Assembly (NCBI RefSeq): GCF_018350175.1
Contig: NC_058368.1
Coordinates: 85,562,001 to 85,626,000, forward strand
DNA length: 64,000 nt
Direction of reading: 5' to 3'
Origin: Felis catus
Lineage: Eukaryota
How positions within the stretch are numbered: the first letter of the stretch is position 1; each line of letters opens with the position of its first letter. Positions 11,535 to 25,265 of this stretch are shown here, in pieces. The notes under the pieces were generated by a model, which did not search any database, had not been told where the DNA came from, and saw nothing but the letters and a program-made list of their open reading frames with translations. A program made the position numbers and the translations under genes.

Positions 11535-12457
11535 TTTGGATAGTTCCTGGAGTGGTGTGGACCTGCAGGGCACTTCTCCTGTGCTGTGGTGTATAACTGG
11601 AGTTGGTGGGCGGGACCACAGTCAGACCTGATGTCTGCCCCCAGCCCACCGCTGGAGCCACAGTCAGACTGGTGTGTGCCTTCTCTTCCCCTCTCCTAAG
11701 GGCTGGATTCACTGTGGGGTGGCGTGGCCCTCTGGGCTACTTGCACACTGCCGGGCTTGTGGTGCTGGGGATCTGGCGTATTAGCTGGGGTGGGTAGGCA
11801 AGGTGCATGGGGGCAGGAGGGGCAGGCTTAGATTGCTTCTCCTTAGGTGATCCACTTCAGGAGGGGCCCTGTGGCAGCGGGAGGGAGTCAGACCCACTGC
11901 TGGAGGGGTGGCTCTGCAGAAGCACAGTGTTGGGTGTTTGTGCAGAGCAAGCAAGTTCCCTGGCAGGAACTGGTTCCCTTTGGGATTTTGGCTGGGGGAT
12001 GGGCAAGGGAGATGGCGCTGCCTAGCACCTTTGTTCCCTGCCAGACTGCGCTCTGTCGTCCAGGGGCTCAGCAACTCTCCCTTCCTTTGTCCTCCAGCCT
12101 TCCCGCTTTCTGAGCTAGCTGTTAACTTATGACCACCCAGATGCTAAGTCCTGCTTGCTGTCAGAACACACTTCATGGTGCCCCTCTGATTTTGCAAGCC
12201 AGACTTGGGGCTCTGCTTGGCCGGCGGGCCGCCCCTCCACCATGGCTCCCTCCCTCCAGTCCGTGGAGCCCGCATCGCCTTGCTGCCCTTCCTACCCTCT
12301 TCCCTGGGCCTCTCCTCTTCGCTTGGCTCCAGAGACTCCCTTCTGCTAATCCTCTGGAGGTTTTCTGGGTTATTTAGGCAGGTGTAGGTGGAATTTAAGT
12401 GATCAGCAGGACGCACGGTGAGCCAAGCGTCCTCCTATGCTGCCATCTCTGTATTCC

Positions 12458-12650
12458 TGAAGATATGTTTAAGTATAAAATAATCCACATTGGATTTAGA
12501 AGATGTATTCATTTTATTTGTATTACTTTGATTCTTTCTGTTTGTTGAGATTAAAAATAAAATTTATATATGTATTTTAAGTGTGCACTATGATAATGAA
12601 TATAATTTTATGACATACTTTTATCTGTTTCTTTGTTAAGAGACCCACTT
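12458..12650 (+). mobile_element. MER33-like fragment, right part
   Basis: AAGTATAAAATAATCCACATTGGATTTAGAAGA continues the recalled MER33 consensus across the L1 TSD. Confidence 0.55.
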
Positions 12651-13009
12651 CATTTATTTTTTGAATGATGGTTTATAATTTTATTTTGTTAAAAGTGACA
12701 TATATATATGTATATATACAGTGGTGTATGTTAAAGTGGCATATGTAGGGAAAGACAGACAGAGACAGAAAGATAGAGAGACAGAGAATGCTCTTTGGTA
12801 TAAAGTATTTAATTATAATTAAATGTATTACACATAGCATTTATGTATTTCAAATTTTGTGCTTTCTTGTCAACATTTTTCTGTTTAATTTTTTGTTTCA
12901 TGTGAACATGTTATGTTATAGATCCAATATGCTTTTCTTATAACCTACATATGATTTTTATTAATAACCAAATATTGCAAAATTAATATTAATTTCATTT
13001 ATTTATTTT

Positions 13010-16000
13010 TCCTTTTAAAATTTAATTTTAAGTTTAAATTTTAGTTAGTTAACATACAGTGCGATATTAGTTTCAGGAGTAGAATTCAATGATTCATCAC
13101 TTACATACAACACCCATTGCTACTCACAAGTACCCTCTTTAGTAAACATCACCCATCTAGATCATCCCCCACCTCCCTCCATTGACATGTAGTTTGTTCT
13201 CTATCACTATGAGTATCTTGTGGTTTGTTTCCCTCTCTTCACTTCTTCGCCTTCTCATATGTTCATCTACGTTGTTTCTTTAATTCCACATGTGAGTAAA
13301 ATCATACAGTATTTTTCTCTTCCTTTCTTTAACTGATTTATTTTGCTTAGCATGATATATTCTAGCTACATCCACGCTATGCTAATGGCAAGATTAGCCA
13401 CCATAAAGAATGATATCTTGCTATTAGCATAGCTTAGCAAAATAAGTACACACACACACACACACACACACACGCATACATATATGCCACAATTCTTTTT
13501 CCATTCATCAGTTGATGGACATTTGGGTTCCCTCCATAGTCTGGCTATTATTGATAATGTTGCTGTAAACATTAAGGTGCATGTACCCCTTCAAAACTGT
13601 ATTTTTGTATCTTTTGGCTAAAATTCTAGTAGTGTACATGTCTCACATTTAGGTTTTTCATCCATTTGGAATTTATTTTTGTGTATGGTGTAAGAAAGTT
13701 GTCCAATTACATTCTGCATGTTGTTGTCCAGTTTTTCCAGCACCATTTGCTAAAGTGATTGTCTTTCTTTTCATTGGATATTCTTTCCTGCTTTGTCAAA
13801 TACTAGTTGGCCATTTATTTGTGTTCCTTTCTGGGTTCTCTATTCTGCTCCATTGATCTATGTGTCTGTTTTCATGCAAATACCATATTGTCTTGATGAT
13901 TACAGCTTTGTAATATAGCTTGAAAATCAGAATTGTGTTGCCTCCAGCTTTGGTTGTAAAAATTGCTTTGGCTATTCAGGGTCATTTCTGTTTCCATACA
14001 AATTTTAGAATTGTTTGTTCTAGCTCTGGAAAGAATTCTGGTATTATTTTGATAGGATTTGCAGTGAATATGTAGATTGCTTTGGGTAGTATAGATTTTT
14101 TAACATTTGTTCTTCCAATCCATGAGTATGGAATGTTTTTCCCTTTTATTTGTGACTACCTCATTTTCTTTCATAAGCTTTTTATCATTTTCTATGAATG
14201 TATTTTTCATGTCTTTGGTTATGCTTATCCCTACGTATTTTATGGTGTTTAGCGCAATCATAAATGGAAACAATTTCTCTTTCTACTGCTTCATTATTGG
14301 TGTATAGAAATGCACTGATTTCTGGACATTGATTTTATATCTTGAAACTTTGCTGAGTTCGTGCATCAGTTCTAGCAGTATTTTGATGCGGTCTTTTGGG
14401 TTTTCCACATAGGGTATCATGTCCTCTGTGAAGAGTGAAATTTTGATTCCCTCCTGCCATTTGGGATACATTTTATTTCTTTTTGTTGTCTGATTGCTGA
14501 AGCTAGGAATTCCAACACTATGTTGAATGACAGTGGTGATAATGGACATCCCTGTTGTGTTCCTGAATTTATGGGGACAGTTCTCACTTCTTCTCCAATG
14601 AGGATTATATGCTATGGGACTTTCATATATGGCCTTTATGATCTTGAAATATGTTCCTTCTAACCCTGCTTTCTTGAGGGTTTTTATCAAAAAAAGTTGC
14701 TGTATAAAGCTTTTTCTGCATCTATTTGAGATGGTCATGTGGTTCTTATCATTTCTTTTATTACATGATGTATAACATTGACTTGTGGATATTGGACGAG
14801 TGCTGGATCCCAGGAATAAATCTCATTTGTTTGTGGTAAATAATTCCTTTAATATATTGTTGGATCTAGTTTGCTAGTATCTTGTTGAGAATTTTTCCAT
14901 CCATGTTCTTCCTGGAAATTGGTCTGTAGTTCATTTTAGTGAGGCTTTTTTGTGGTTTGGGAATCAACATAGTGCTGGCCTTGTAGAATGAGTTTGGGAG
15001 TTTTCCTTCCACTTCTATTTTTTGGAACAGCTTCAAAAGAATTGGCATTAAGTCTTCTTTAAATGTTTGGTAGAATTTACCTGGAAAGCCATCTGGCCCT
15101 AGACTTTTTTTTGTTGTTGTTGGGAGATTTTTGATTACTTATTCAGTGTTATTACTTGTTATAGGTCTGTTCAAATTTTCTATTTCTTTCTGTTTCAGTG
15201 TCAGTACTTTATACGTGTCTACAAATTTGTCTGTTTCTTCAAGATTGTCCATAATTGTTTGTATTACTGTGGTGTTAGTTGTAATTTCTCATTTTTCATT
15301 TGTTATTTTATTTATTTGAGTAATTTCCTTTTTCTTTTTGATCAATCTTACTAGGTGATTATCAATTATGTTAATTCTTTCAATTAATCAGCTCCTTCTA
15401 TCATTGATCTTTACCTCTGTTTTTTTTTTTTTTTTGATATTATTGTTTCCTGCTCTAATTTTTATTATTTACTGATTTCTGCTGGTTTTGGGGGCTTTAT
15501 TTTCTGTTTTCTATTTTTCCAGCTCTTTCAGGTGTAAGGCTAGGTTGTGTATTTGAGAACTTTCTTCCTTCTTTAGGGGGACCTGGATTGCTACATACTT
15601 CCCTTTTATGAACAAAAATGCTGCATCTGAGAGGTTTTGAGATGTCATGTTTTCATTTTTGTGGGTGTCCATGTGCTTTTCAATTTCCTCTTTAATTTCT
15701 TGGTTAATCAATTAATTATTTAGTATGATGTTCTTCTTTAGTCTCCAAATATTTATGCTGTTTCCAAATTTTTTCTTGTGGTTTATTTTGAGTTTCATAG
15801 CATTGTGGTCTAAAAATATGTAAGGTATGATCTCAATCTTTTTGTACTTGTTGAGGTCTGATTTGTGACCCAGTATGTTCCATGTGCACTTGAGAAGAAT
15901 GTGTATCTGGTGTTTTAGGATGAAATATTCTGCACATATTGATTAACTCCATCTGGTCCAGTGTATCATTCAAAGCCATTGTTTTCTTATTGATTTTTTT

Positions 16001-16022
16001 GCTTAGATGATCTGTCCATTGA
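13010..16022 (-). mobile_element. 5'-truncated carnivore L1 with internal deletions
   Basis: 3'UTR, (CA)n at 13449-13475, degenerate ORF2 back to the EN domain; about 0.6 kb missing at ~13635 relative to the 6.5-12.4 kb L1. Confidence 0.9.
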
Positions 16023-16230
16023 TATGAACTATGATACTCACAAAAATGATAACTTTAAATATAATGCTAAAGCAAATTTTTGTCTACATAAAAAAAAGTA
16101 AGTTTAGTACTTTAAATAAATATAACAAAAGAGATTTTTGACAATAAGGCCAGTTAGTGTGTATTAAATATATTCACGTTTATGGAATGAAAGAAAAAAA
16201 ACTGAATAAGTATTTATAAAAAGGAAAAAT

Positions 16231-16404
16231 GGGAGCACCTGGGTCACTCAGTTGGTTAAGTGCCCAACTCTTGATTTTGTCTCATTATTCCTGGGATGTG
16301 GAATCCATCCCCTCATCCAACAGAACTCACTTTAGACTCTTTCTCAATCTCTCTCTCTCTCTCCCTCCCTCTCTATCTCTCTCTCCGACTCTCTATCCTG
16401 CTTG

Positions 16405-16446
<42 letters not shown>
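16231..16446 (+). mobile_element. Degenerate Can-SINE with (CT)n and (TA)n tail
   Basis: GGGAGCACCTGGGTCACTCAGTTGGTTAAG head. Confidence 0.75.
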
Positions 16447-16451
<5 letters not shown>

Positions 16452-18188
16452 TTGAGCTATTGCTTATTTTTGAAATAATAGATATATATTTTCAATATTG
16501 CAAGGGAAAAAGGGGAATGACAGTATATCTCAATTCAATGCAATGCTAAGGAAAATGTACAGAAGTAATAAAATTGAAGGTAAAAATAAATTTGTATAGT
16601 CAAAATAAGAGGGAGGAGGAGTTAAGATGGCAGAGTACTAAGGGGATCCTGGGCTTATCTCTTCCATCCAGCACAACAAGATTGATATCAAACCATTTTG
16701 GACACCTCAGAAATCAATCTGAGGATCAATGGTACAATCTGCACAATTTGAGGGACAGAACTAGCCACATATGTGGTGTGAAGAGATGAATTGGAGAAGA
16801 GAGGAGTTCAGTGCCACAGAGGGCAGGGAGCCACTTTCTTAGGAGAAAGTCAGAGGAGAAGAGAGCAGTGCATTGGGTTTGTGCAAGAAAGAACTCCTCC
16901 TGAAAGAAGTTAGAAAGAGTAAGACCATTCGCTGGGGACTGCAGAAGAAAACTGTTCCCCAAAACCATTGGTGGGGGGAAAAGAAGATTTCAATACCATT
17001 AGTGTTTTGTTGTTGTTTTGTATTTTTTGTTTGTTTTTTTTGTTTTTCTTTTTATAAACAGTGGAACACAGAGTCTGAAGTTTCAGTGGTAAACCCCTGC
17101 TGGTGCTCTGGTTAAGAAGCAGGGCTGAGCCCCAGGAGTGGGCAGTGTTTTTGGAGAATCTCCTGGGTCACACAAGAAGAAGTGGTTCCCCTACTTTGAG
17201 TGAAGTTGGGTTAGTGATCTCTCTGCTGAGAAAAGACCAGGTGGGCACCATAACCACAATGTGCCCTCATATAGGAACAAAGATGCTAGCTAAGGGCAAT
17301 GAGCTCTGGTGCTGTGTGTTGTGATTTAACATTAACTCAGAGCTTCTGCCAATGTGCAGTGGTGCAACTGTTTCCTGGAGCAAACTGGCCCTGACCACAA
17401 TGTGGGAAGATACTCCCTGAGAAGAACACTGTGGGTCCTAACCTCAGGGGTCTCTGAAGTGGTTTTTGAAATACATTTGTGCCATAGATAACACTCTAGA
17501 GAGTGGCACCACCTGGCAGACTGACAGCTCAGACACAGACAGGGAAAGACAAGGAACTGACTGAAGCAGAGGACACAGGAAGGGTGACTGATCCAGTGTC
17601 TGTGAGGGTGCAAACGTCCCCTGCCCACACTGCTGTGAAGACTAGAGAGTGGGGAGAAACCATTTTCATGATTAGTGCACCAACACTAATTGACCCCAGT
17701 GAGTTAAACTGTGCTTTAGGTGGATAATGGAGTCGGTTTACACCAAACCCCACCCCCTTTGCCCTCCAAGCATATCTCCACTAGTGTAAGTCAGCCTGAG
17801 AATCAGAGCAGCAGACCCCTTATCCAGAAGACCAACATATATCCCTTCCATGAGCTTAGTATACTGACCATAGACTGTTGCTAAGTTTCAGCTCTAGGGG
17901 AAGCTGAATCTAGCTTCACTTGGATTTGTTTGTTTATTCATTTTATTTTGTAGTTGTTACTGCATCTGTTTTATTTTTGTTGTAGTGTTTTTTCTTCTTT
18001 TCTTTTAGTTTCTTGATACAGAAAGAGTAAACTAAAAATATCATTTTATTTTGTTTTATTTTTTTCATGTTTTAAATTTTAACTCTTATTTTTTCCCTTC
18101 TTTTCATTTTCCCTTTTTTTCTATCAACCTTCTCTTACCATAGTCTGCTTGTTATACACCTAGAATCTAACTTGCTGTATTTGATTTT

Positions 18189-18405
18189 TTTTTTAATTTT
18201 TTTTTTCAACGTTTATTTATTTTTGGGACAGAGAGACAGCATGAACGGGGGAGGGGCAGAGAGAGAGGGAGACACAGAATCGGAAACAGGCTCCAGGCTC
18301 TGAGCCATCAGCCCAGAGCCCGACGCGGGGCTCGAACTCACGGACCGCGAGATCGTGACCTGGCTGAAGTCGGACACTTAACCGACTGCGCCACCCAGGC
18401 GCCCC
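18189..18405 (-). mobile_element. Very young SINEC_Fc
   Basis: Many intact CpGs (CCCGACGCGGGGCTCGAACTCACGGACCGCGAGATCGTG); short TSD GATTTT. Confidence 0.97.
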
Positions 18406-19813
18406 GATTTTAAAAATATTGTTATTATTATTGTTTTTGGTTTTCTTCCTCCAAAATGGAAAGTCAAAAGATTCACCTCAAAATAAAAAACAGATAGAAA
18501 TGACAGCCAGAGATTGTCAACGAATATATAAGTAAGATGTCTGAACTAGAATTTAATACAATGATTATAAGGATACTAGTTGGGCTTAAAGAAAACATAG
18601 AAGACACCAGAGAATCCATTTCTACAGAGATAGAAGAACTAAAATCTAGTCAGGCTGAAATTTAAAATGCTACAACCAAGATGTAAACCCAATTGAAGGC
18701 CATAAAAAAAGGATGAATGAAACAAAAGAGCAAATTAGTGCTGTTTAAGATAAAAATATGGGATAATGAAGGTGAAAAGAAGAGAAAAACAACAGGCAAG
18801 AAGGCAGACTTAGGAAACTAAGCAATTTATTAAAACATAATAGTCATATCATAGGAGTCACAGGATATAAAGCCAACAGAAGTCTGTTGAATTTCTATAG
18901 ACCAATAATAAAACAACAAAAACAAGAATCAAAAGAATTGATTCCATTTGCAATTTCACCAAAAACAATAAGATACTAAGAATAAACTTAAATAAATAGG
19001 CAAAAGATTGATATTCCAAAAGCAATAGAACACTTATGAAAGAAATTGAAGAGGAAACACACACACACACACACACCGATAAAAAAGCATTCCATGCTTA
19101 TGGATTTGAAGAACAAACATTGTTAAAATGTCTATACTACCCAAAGCAATCTACACATTTAATGCAATCCCTATCAAATTACCACAGCAATTTTTGCAAA
19201 GCTAGAACAAACAGTCCTAAAATTTGTATGGAACCAAAAAGGTCTCTAATAGGTAAAACAATCCTGAAAAAGAACAACAAAACCTAAGGCTTCACAATTC
19301 CACATTTCAAGCTATATTACAAAGCTGTAATCATAAAGACAATGTAGTACTGCCACAAAAATACCCATATATCAATGGAACAGAATAGAAAGCCCAGAAT
19401 TGGACCCACAACTATATGGTCAACTCATCTTCAATAAAGCAGGAAAGAATCTCCAATGGAAAAAAGATGGTTTCATGAACAAATTATGTTGGGAAAACTG
19501 GATAGTGATGTTCAGAAGAATTAAACTGGAGCACTTTCCTATAACATATGCAGAAATAAATTTAAAATGGATGAAATTCCTAAATGTGCAAAAGGAACCA
19601 TCAAAATCCTAGAGGAGAACACAGAAAGAAATATCTTTCACATTTATAATACACTAGAGTGTATTATGATAAGCAAAATAAGTCAATCAGAGAAAGAAAA
19701 ACATCATATGATTTCAATCATATGTAGAATTTAAGAAACAAAACACATGAATATAGGGGAAGGGAAACAAAAATTAGATAAAAACAGAGACAGCAACAAA
19801 CCATAAGGTACTC

Positions 19814-20027
19814 TTTTTAAAATTTTTTTTAATGTTTATTTTTGAGACAGAGCGAGACAGAGCATGAATGGGGGAGGGTCAGAGAGAGGGAGACACAGCA
19901 TCTGAAACAGGCTCCAGGCTCTGAGCTGTCAGCACAGAGCCTGACACGGGGCTCGAACTCATAGACTGCAAGATCATGACCTGAGCCAAAGTCGGCCACT
20001 GAACCAACTGAGCCACCCAGGCGCCCC
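19814..20027 (-). mobile_element. Can-SINE inside an L1 3'UTR
   Basis: Reverse-complement SINEC; TSD CATAAGGTACT on both sides. Confidence 0.95.
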
Positions 20028-20496
20028 CATAAGGTACTTTTAAATACAGAGAACAAACTGAGAATTACTGATGGGGTGTTGGATAGGGGGATGGGATAAA
20101 TGGGTGATGGACATTAGGAAGGGCACATGTTGGGATGAGCACTGGGTGTTATATGTAAGTGATGAATCACTAAATTCTATTCTTGAAATCATTATTTCAC
20201 TGTATGTTAACTAGCTTGCATTTAAATTCAAATAAGAAAGAAAGAAAGAAGAAAAAAAGAAAGAAAGAAAGAAATATCAACTGCCTATTTACTATTATCT
20301 ATGCTCAAGTAATTTTGCAACCAATATTTTTTATTTCTAGTCTTCACCCAACTTTTTAAACCAATTTATTTACATGTGCAATATGTATTTATTTTCTAGT
20401 TTATATATTTGGGAGTTAATTTAGTGATACATTGTACAGGATTTCTTTCTACATCCAAACATGTGTTAAATTGATTTCTTTTCTAAAGGTTTAGAT

Positions 20497-20609
20497 ATTT
20501 ATTTATTTTTTATTTATTTATTTGATTTCATGCTTAATGTGGAGCTTGAACTCATGACCCTGATATCTAAAGTTAGATGCTCTACTGACTAAGTCAGCCA
20601 GGAGTCCCT
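20497..20609 (-). mobile_element. Short older Can-SINE
   Basis: GAACTCATGACCCTGA...TCTACTGACTAAGTCAGCCAGG. Confidence 0.7.
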
Positions 20610-20624
20610 AAGAGTTTAGGTTTT

Positions 20625-20819
20625 TATTTAGTTTTTTTTAAAGTTTTATTTATTTATTTTGAGAGAGAGCACAACTGGGGTAGCGACAGAGAGAGAGGGA
20701 GACAGAATCCCAACCAGCACAGAGCCCGATGCTCGGCTTGATCTCACAAACCGTGAAATCATGACCTGAGCCAAAATTAAGAGTTAGATGCTTTGCTGAC
20801 TTAGTCATGCAGGTGCCCC
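20625..20819 (-). mobile_element. Can-SINE
   Basis: Reverse-complement SINEC; TSD AGTTTAGGTTTT. Confidence 0.9.
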
Positions 20820-21100
20820 AAAGTTTAGGTTTTAAATGACTTATCCTCCCTTTCCTGTGTCCACACTGTTGCCCTCAGTACAGAAATAATTTTCCCTTGT
20901 CTACATGCCTCCATGCCCCCGTGTTGATGAAAAATTTTATTTCATTTGTCCTTTATAGGTAATCTGCATTTGGGTATGTATTTTAAATGTATGCTTTATC
21001 TATTAGGTTTTAAACAGATAGATATAGAGATAGAGATAAAAATTAAAGTATATATTTATATATACATATATATTGTTCTACATTTTTTTTCAAAATCTTT

Positions 21101-22142
21101 AAAAGTTTCTGCACTGCAAAGGAAAAAAATCAACAAAACTAAAAGGCAGCTGATGGAATGGGAAATGATATTTTCAAATGACATATCTGATATAGGGCTA
21201 GTATCCAAAATCTATAAAGAACTCACCAAATGTCACACCCAAAAAAACAAATAAGCCAGTGAAGAAATGGGCAGAAGACATGAATAGACACTTTTCTAAA
21301 GAAGACATCCAGATGGCCAACAGGCACATGAAAAGATGCTCAACGTCACTCCTCATCAGGGAAATACCAACCAAAACCACACTGAGATACCATCTCACGC
21401 TGGTCAGAGTGGCTAAAATGAACAAATCAGGAAACTAAAGATGCTGGAGAAGATGTGGAGAAACGGGAACCCTATTGCACTGTTGGTGGGAATGCAAACT
21501 GGTGCAGCCGCTCTGGAAAACAGTGTGGAGGTTCCTCAAAAAATTGAAAATAGATCTACCCTATGACCCAGAAATAGTACTGCTAGGAATTTACCCAAGG
21601 GATACAGGAGTGTTGACGCATAGGGACACTTGTACCCCAATGTTTATAGCAGGAGTTTCCACAATGGCCAAATTATGGAAAAAGCCTAAATGTCCATCAA
21701 CTGGCAAATAAAGAAGATTTGGTCTATATTTACAATGGAATACTACTTGGCAATGAGAAAGAATGAAATCTGGCCTTTTGTAGCAATGTGGATGGAACTG
21801 GAGAGTGTTATGCTAAGTGAAATAAATCAGGCAGAGAAGGAGAGATACCATATATTTTCACTCATAGGTGGATTCTGAGAAACTCAGCAGAGGACCAGGG
21901 AGGAGGAGAAGGGGGAAAAAAAGGTTACAGAGAGGGAAGGAGGCATACCATAAGAGACTCTTAAAAACTGAGAACAAACTGAGGATTGATGGGGGCTGGG
22001 AGGGAGGCGAAAGTGGGTGGTGGGCATTGAGGAGGGCACCTTTTGGGATGAGCACTGGGTGTTGAATGGAAACCAATTTGACAATAAATTTCATAAAAAT
22101 AAATAAATAAATAAGTAAATAAATAAATAAATAAATAAATAA
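21101..22142 (+). mobile_element. 5'-truncated felid L1 (about 1 kb) with (TAAA)n tail
   Basis: High similarity to the reverse complement of 6560-7560. Confidence 0.93.
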
Positions 22143-22507
22143 GGCATTAGGGCCTCTAAACACACAAACACACAAAATCTCACCAATGATTTCTTTAAAT
22201 ATCATTTATCTAGCATGATTTCAATTCCTTTATATATGCCACAAAGTAGTATGTACACTCACGTACACACACACACACACACACAAAAGATACATAATTA
22301 TATAAACATTGATGTCTTGCTTTATCAACATTTTTTTGAAAAACAATTTTTGTGTGTTTATAAATGTTAAAATACTATTTGTTCTATGACAAACTCATCT
22401 CAAAATATCAGGAATTTTGAAAACTATGCTAAGTGAAACTTCAGTAATTAACTGCTCTTATAGGTGCTGTATATTTTCACTCATATTTATTTAAAAAAAT
22501 AAACAAC

Positions 22508-22700
22508 AGGGGTGCCTTGGGTGTTAGTCTGTTAAGTGTCCAACCCTTGATCTTGGCTCAGGTCATGATCTCACCATTTATGGGTTTGAACGGTGGCTCT
22601 GTGCTGACAGCATGGAACTGGTTGTAATTCTCTCTCTCTTTCTGTGTGCCCCTATTCAACTTGTGCCGTCTCTAAATAAACATATAAATACAAATTCAAA
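22508..22700 (+). mobile_element. Degenerate Can-SINE
   Basis: GGGGTGCC head, GGCTCAGGTCATGATCTC, CT tract, AAATAAAC. Confidence 0.85.
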
Positions 22701-22927
22701 AAATTAAATAAATAATATATTAAACTTAATAAACTCAAAATATAAATCAAGAAATTTGTAAAAGTTTGACAACAGTCTATGAAAACTAGGAAGAACATGG
22801 AAATTAAAATATATATATGTAATAAAAATTTGATAAATAAAGCAATTATGTAAGACAGATAAGGCATTCTTAGAATTTCTAATAAATACATATTTTTAAA
22901 AAGTATCTGGTAAAAATATCTGATGGT

Positions 22928-22958
<31 letters not shown>

Positions 22959-23591
22959 ATTAATTAATTAATTAGTTAAATAAAATAAGTACCCACCAAC
23001 AAAAATCACACTGGAAGAGCTCTGGAGAACAAAGAGACTACCAAAAGTAATTAGAGCACAAAAACTGAGGACGAAACTATAGAAAAGCATACCAACCATT
23101 TTTGTCTGTGTTTTCCAAACCCTTAACCTGGTATGACTCAGTTCCAGAAAGTATTCCCTTGGTCATTACTTTCCTCACAAGGAAAAAGGGGATCAGGGGA
23201 CAATAGCCTTTTCCATGAAGGACTCTAGCAATGTTGCCACTTCCTTTGACACTTGCAGCTTTGGTAAACAAGATCCCCCATAATCTATGCCTGTGCTGAC
23301 TTCAGCTATTGGAGATATGCAAAGCAATGCCACTGTGGCCCCATAGAGACCCAAGCACTGCAATTTACTTACATCATGACTTCGTGCTGATCCACAAGTG
23401 AAAGTATTTCCCACAGAGGGAAGTCCTTAAAACTTGAAAAAGATGACTACTCTTTCAAATAATCAGACATAACCATAAGTCTATAAAGAAAAAAAATCAA
23501 GGAAACATGTCACCACCTAAGAAACATAATGAATTAGCTAAAATAGGGATGTATAACATAACTATCAAATTTAAAAACAACCATTTATTAT

Positions 23592-23805
23592 TACTTTTTT
23601 TGTTTGTTTATTTGTTTGAAAGAGAGAAAGAGAGAGAGAGAGAGTGAAAATGGGGGAGAGGGGCAAAGGGAAAGAGAGAGAATCTAAAGCATGCTCCACA
23701 TTCAGTGTGGATCCCAATATGGGGCTGGATTCCACAACCCTGGGATCATGACCTGAGCCAAAAATCAAGAGTTGGACACTCAACTGAATAAACATCTAGG
23801 CACCC
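23592..23805 (-). mobile_element. Can-SINE
   Basis: GGGATCATGACCTGAGCCAAAATCAAGAGTTGGAC and (GA)n. Confidence 0.9.
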
Positions 23806-24635
23806 ATCAACAATTGTTTTAATGAAAATTAGTAAGATATAAAGGTTTAGAGATAGACGAGTCAATAAAATCAGGAAAATGATACATAGACAAGATGTTA
23901 AGTTCAACAAAAGGATAGAAATCTTAAAAAAAGAAACTACAGAAATTCTGTAGTTGAGGAATACAATGTATGAAGTGAAAAGTACAATACAATGATTCAC
24001 ACTTGAGTAAGCAGGAGAAGGAACCTGTGAACATGAAGGCAAGTCATTTGAAACTATCTATGCAGAGTAGGAAAAAATTAAATAAATTTGAAGAATAGAG
24101 GAGATAAGGAGCAACATCAAGAAAGCTAACAGTAGTTTTATGGGAATCTGAAAAAAGAGAAGAGAGATTTAAAAAAAAAAGGAACAGAAAGATTTTTAAA
24201 AACATAATAATATTGGCTGAAAACTTTCCAAATTTTTGTAAGGAAATGGACATCCCAATTCTTAAAGTACTAAAGTCCCCCAAAATAGGATTAAAACAAA
24301 TTAGAATAAAATAAGAAATATTATAATCCCAAGCTTAATATCGACAAGGAAAAGGAAATTTTCAATGTCACCAAAGAAAAATAAATAATCACAAATATGA
24401 GAAACCCATAGGCTATTGTCAGATATGTTAGCATTCCTTTACAGGTAGAGGGGAGAAGGAAATAATATTTTTGAAATATTGAAAAAATATATGTTAAACA
24501 AAATATTCTACCTGCCAAAATTATATTTTAAATATATATAAGAGATAAAGTCTTTCCCAGACCAACCAAGATAAACTCAGAAAGCTTATCACCACTAGAC
24601 CTGCTTTACCAGAAATTCTTAAAGAAGCTCTTGAA

Positions 24636-24771
24636 GGGGCTACTGGCTGGCTCATCTGGTAAAAGATGCAATTCTTGATCTCAGGGTCATGAGTTCAAGC
24701 CCTATGTTGGGCGTGGAGACTATTTAAAAAAATAAAATAAAATAAAATAAAATAAAATAAAATAAAATAAA
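24636..24771 (+). mobile_element. Short old Can-SINE with (TAAAA)n tail
   Basis: CTTGATCTCAGGGTCATGAGTTCAAGCCC; TSD AAAGAA(G/C)CTCTT. Confidence 0.85.
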
Positions 24772-25265
24772 GAACCTCTTCAGTTTGAAGGAAAAAGATG
24801 AAAAAGAGCAGCAGGAAAGCATATGGAAACATAAATCTCTCTCATAAAGGTAAATATATAGATAAATACAAAATAATTAACACTATGAAGATAATGTAAG
24901 AATTACTTTTAATCCATATATAAAAGTTAAAAGGTAAAATTTTGTTCATTTATACATAATATAAAAAGAAGCAAATTCTCATTATAAGAAAACAAAATGT
25001 GTGGGCCGAGTAAAATATGGAGAATTTTATACAATTAAAGTTAAGTTTTTATAAACTTAAAATTAATGGTTATACCTATAAAACTCTTTCCATAATCTTT
25101 GTAACCTAAAGTACACAAAAAAGTAATTAATATACACACACAAAAGAGGAAAAAAATCAAGGCAAATCATAGGCAGAAAATAATTTAAAAATGGCAATAG
25201 TAAGACCTCACCTATCAATAACTACTTTAAATGTAAACTATATTCACTAATTAAAGGCATAGAGT

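Larger units (their letters stand above)
6552..12457 (-). mobile_element. Full-length young felid L1 (L1_Fc-type), inactivated
   Basis: GC-rich 5'UTR, ORF1, ORF2, 3'UTR, short A tail; 13-bp TSD TGAAGATATGTTT at 6539-6551 and 12458-12470. Confidence 0.97.
16607..20274 (+). mobile_element. L1 with both ends but two large internal deletions
   Basis: 5' AAGATGGCAG, 5'UTR, ORF1 start near 18456, jump into ORF2 at ~18860, second jump at ~19650, 3'UTR and (GAAA)n tail. Confidence 0.85.
22985..25265 (+). mobile_element. Old L1 5' half (5'UTR, ORF1 remnant, start of ORF2)
   Basis: ORF1 motifs GCTGAAAACTTTCCAAAT and CCACTAGACCTGCTTTAC; ORF2 start CTATCAATAACTACTTTAAATGTAAA; cut by the L1 at 25266. 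Confidence 0.7.

Noticed and set aside
18850..18870. ORF1-ORF2 junction as a spliced L1 product
   Set aside because: It does not fit GT-AG boundaries; microhomology explains it better
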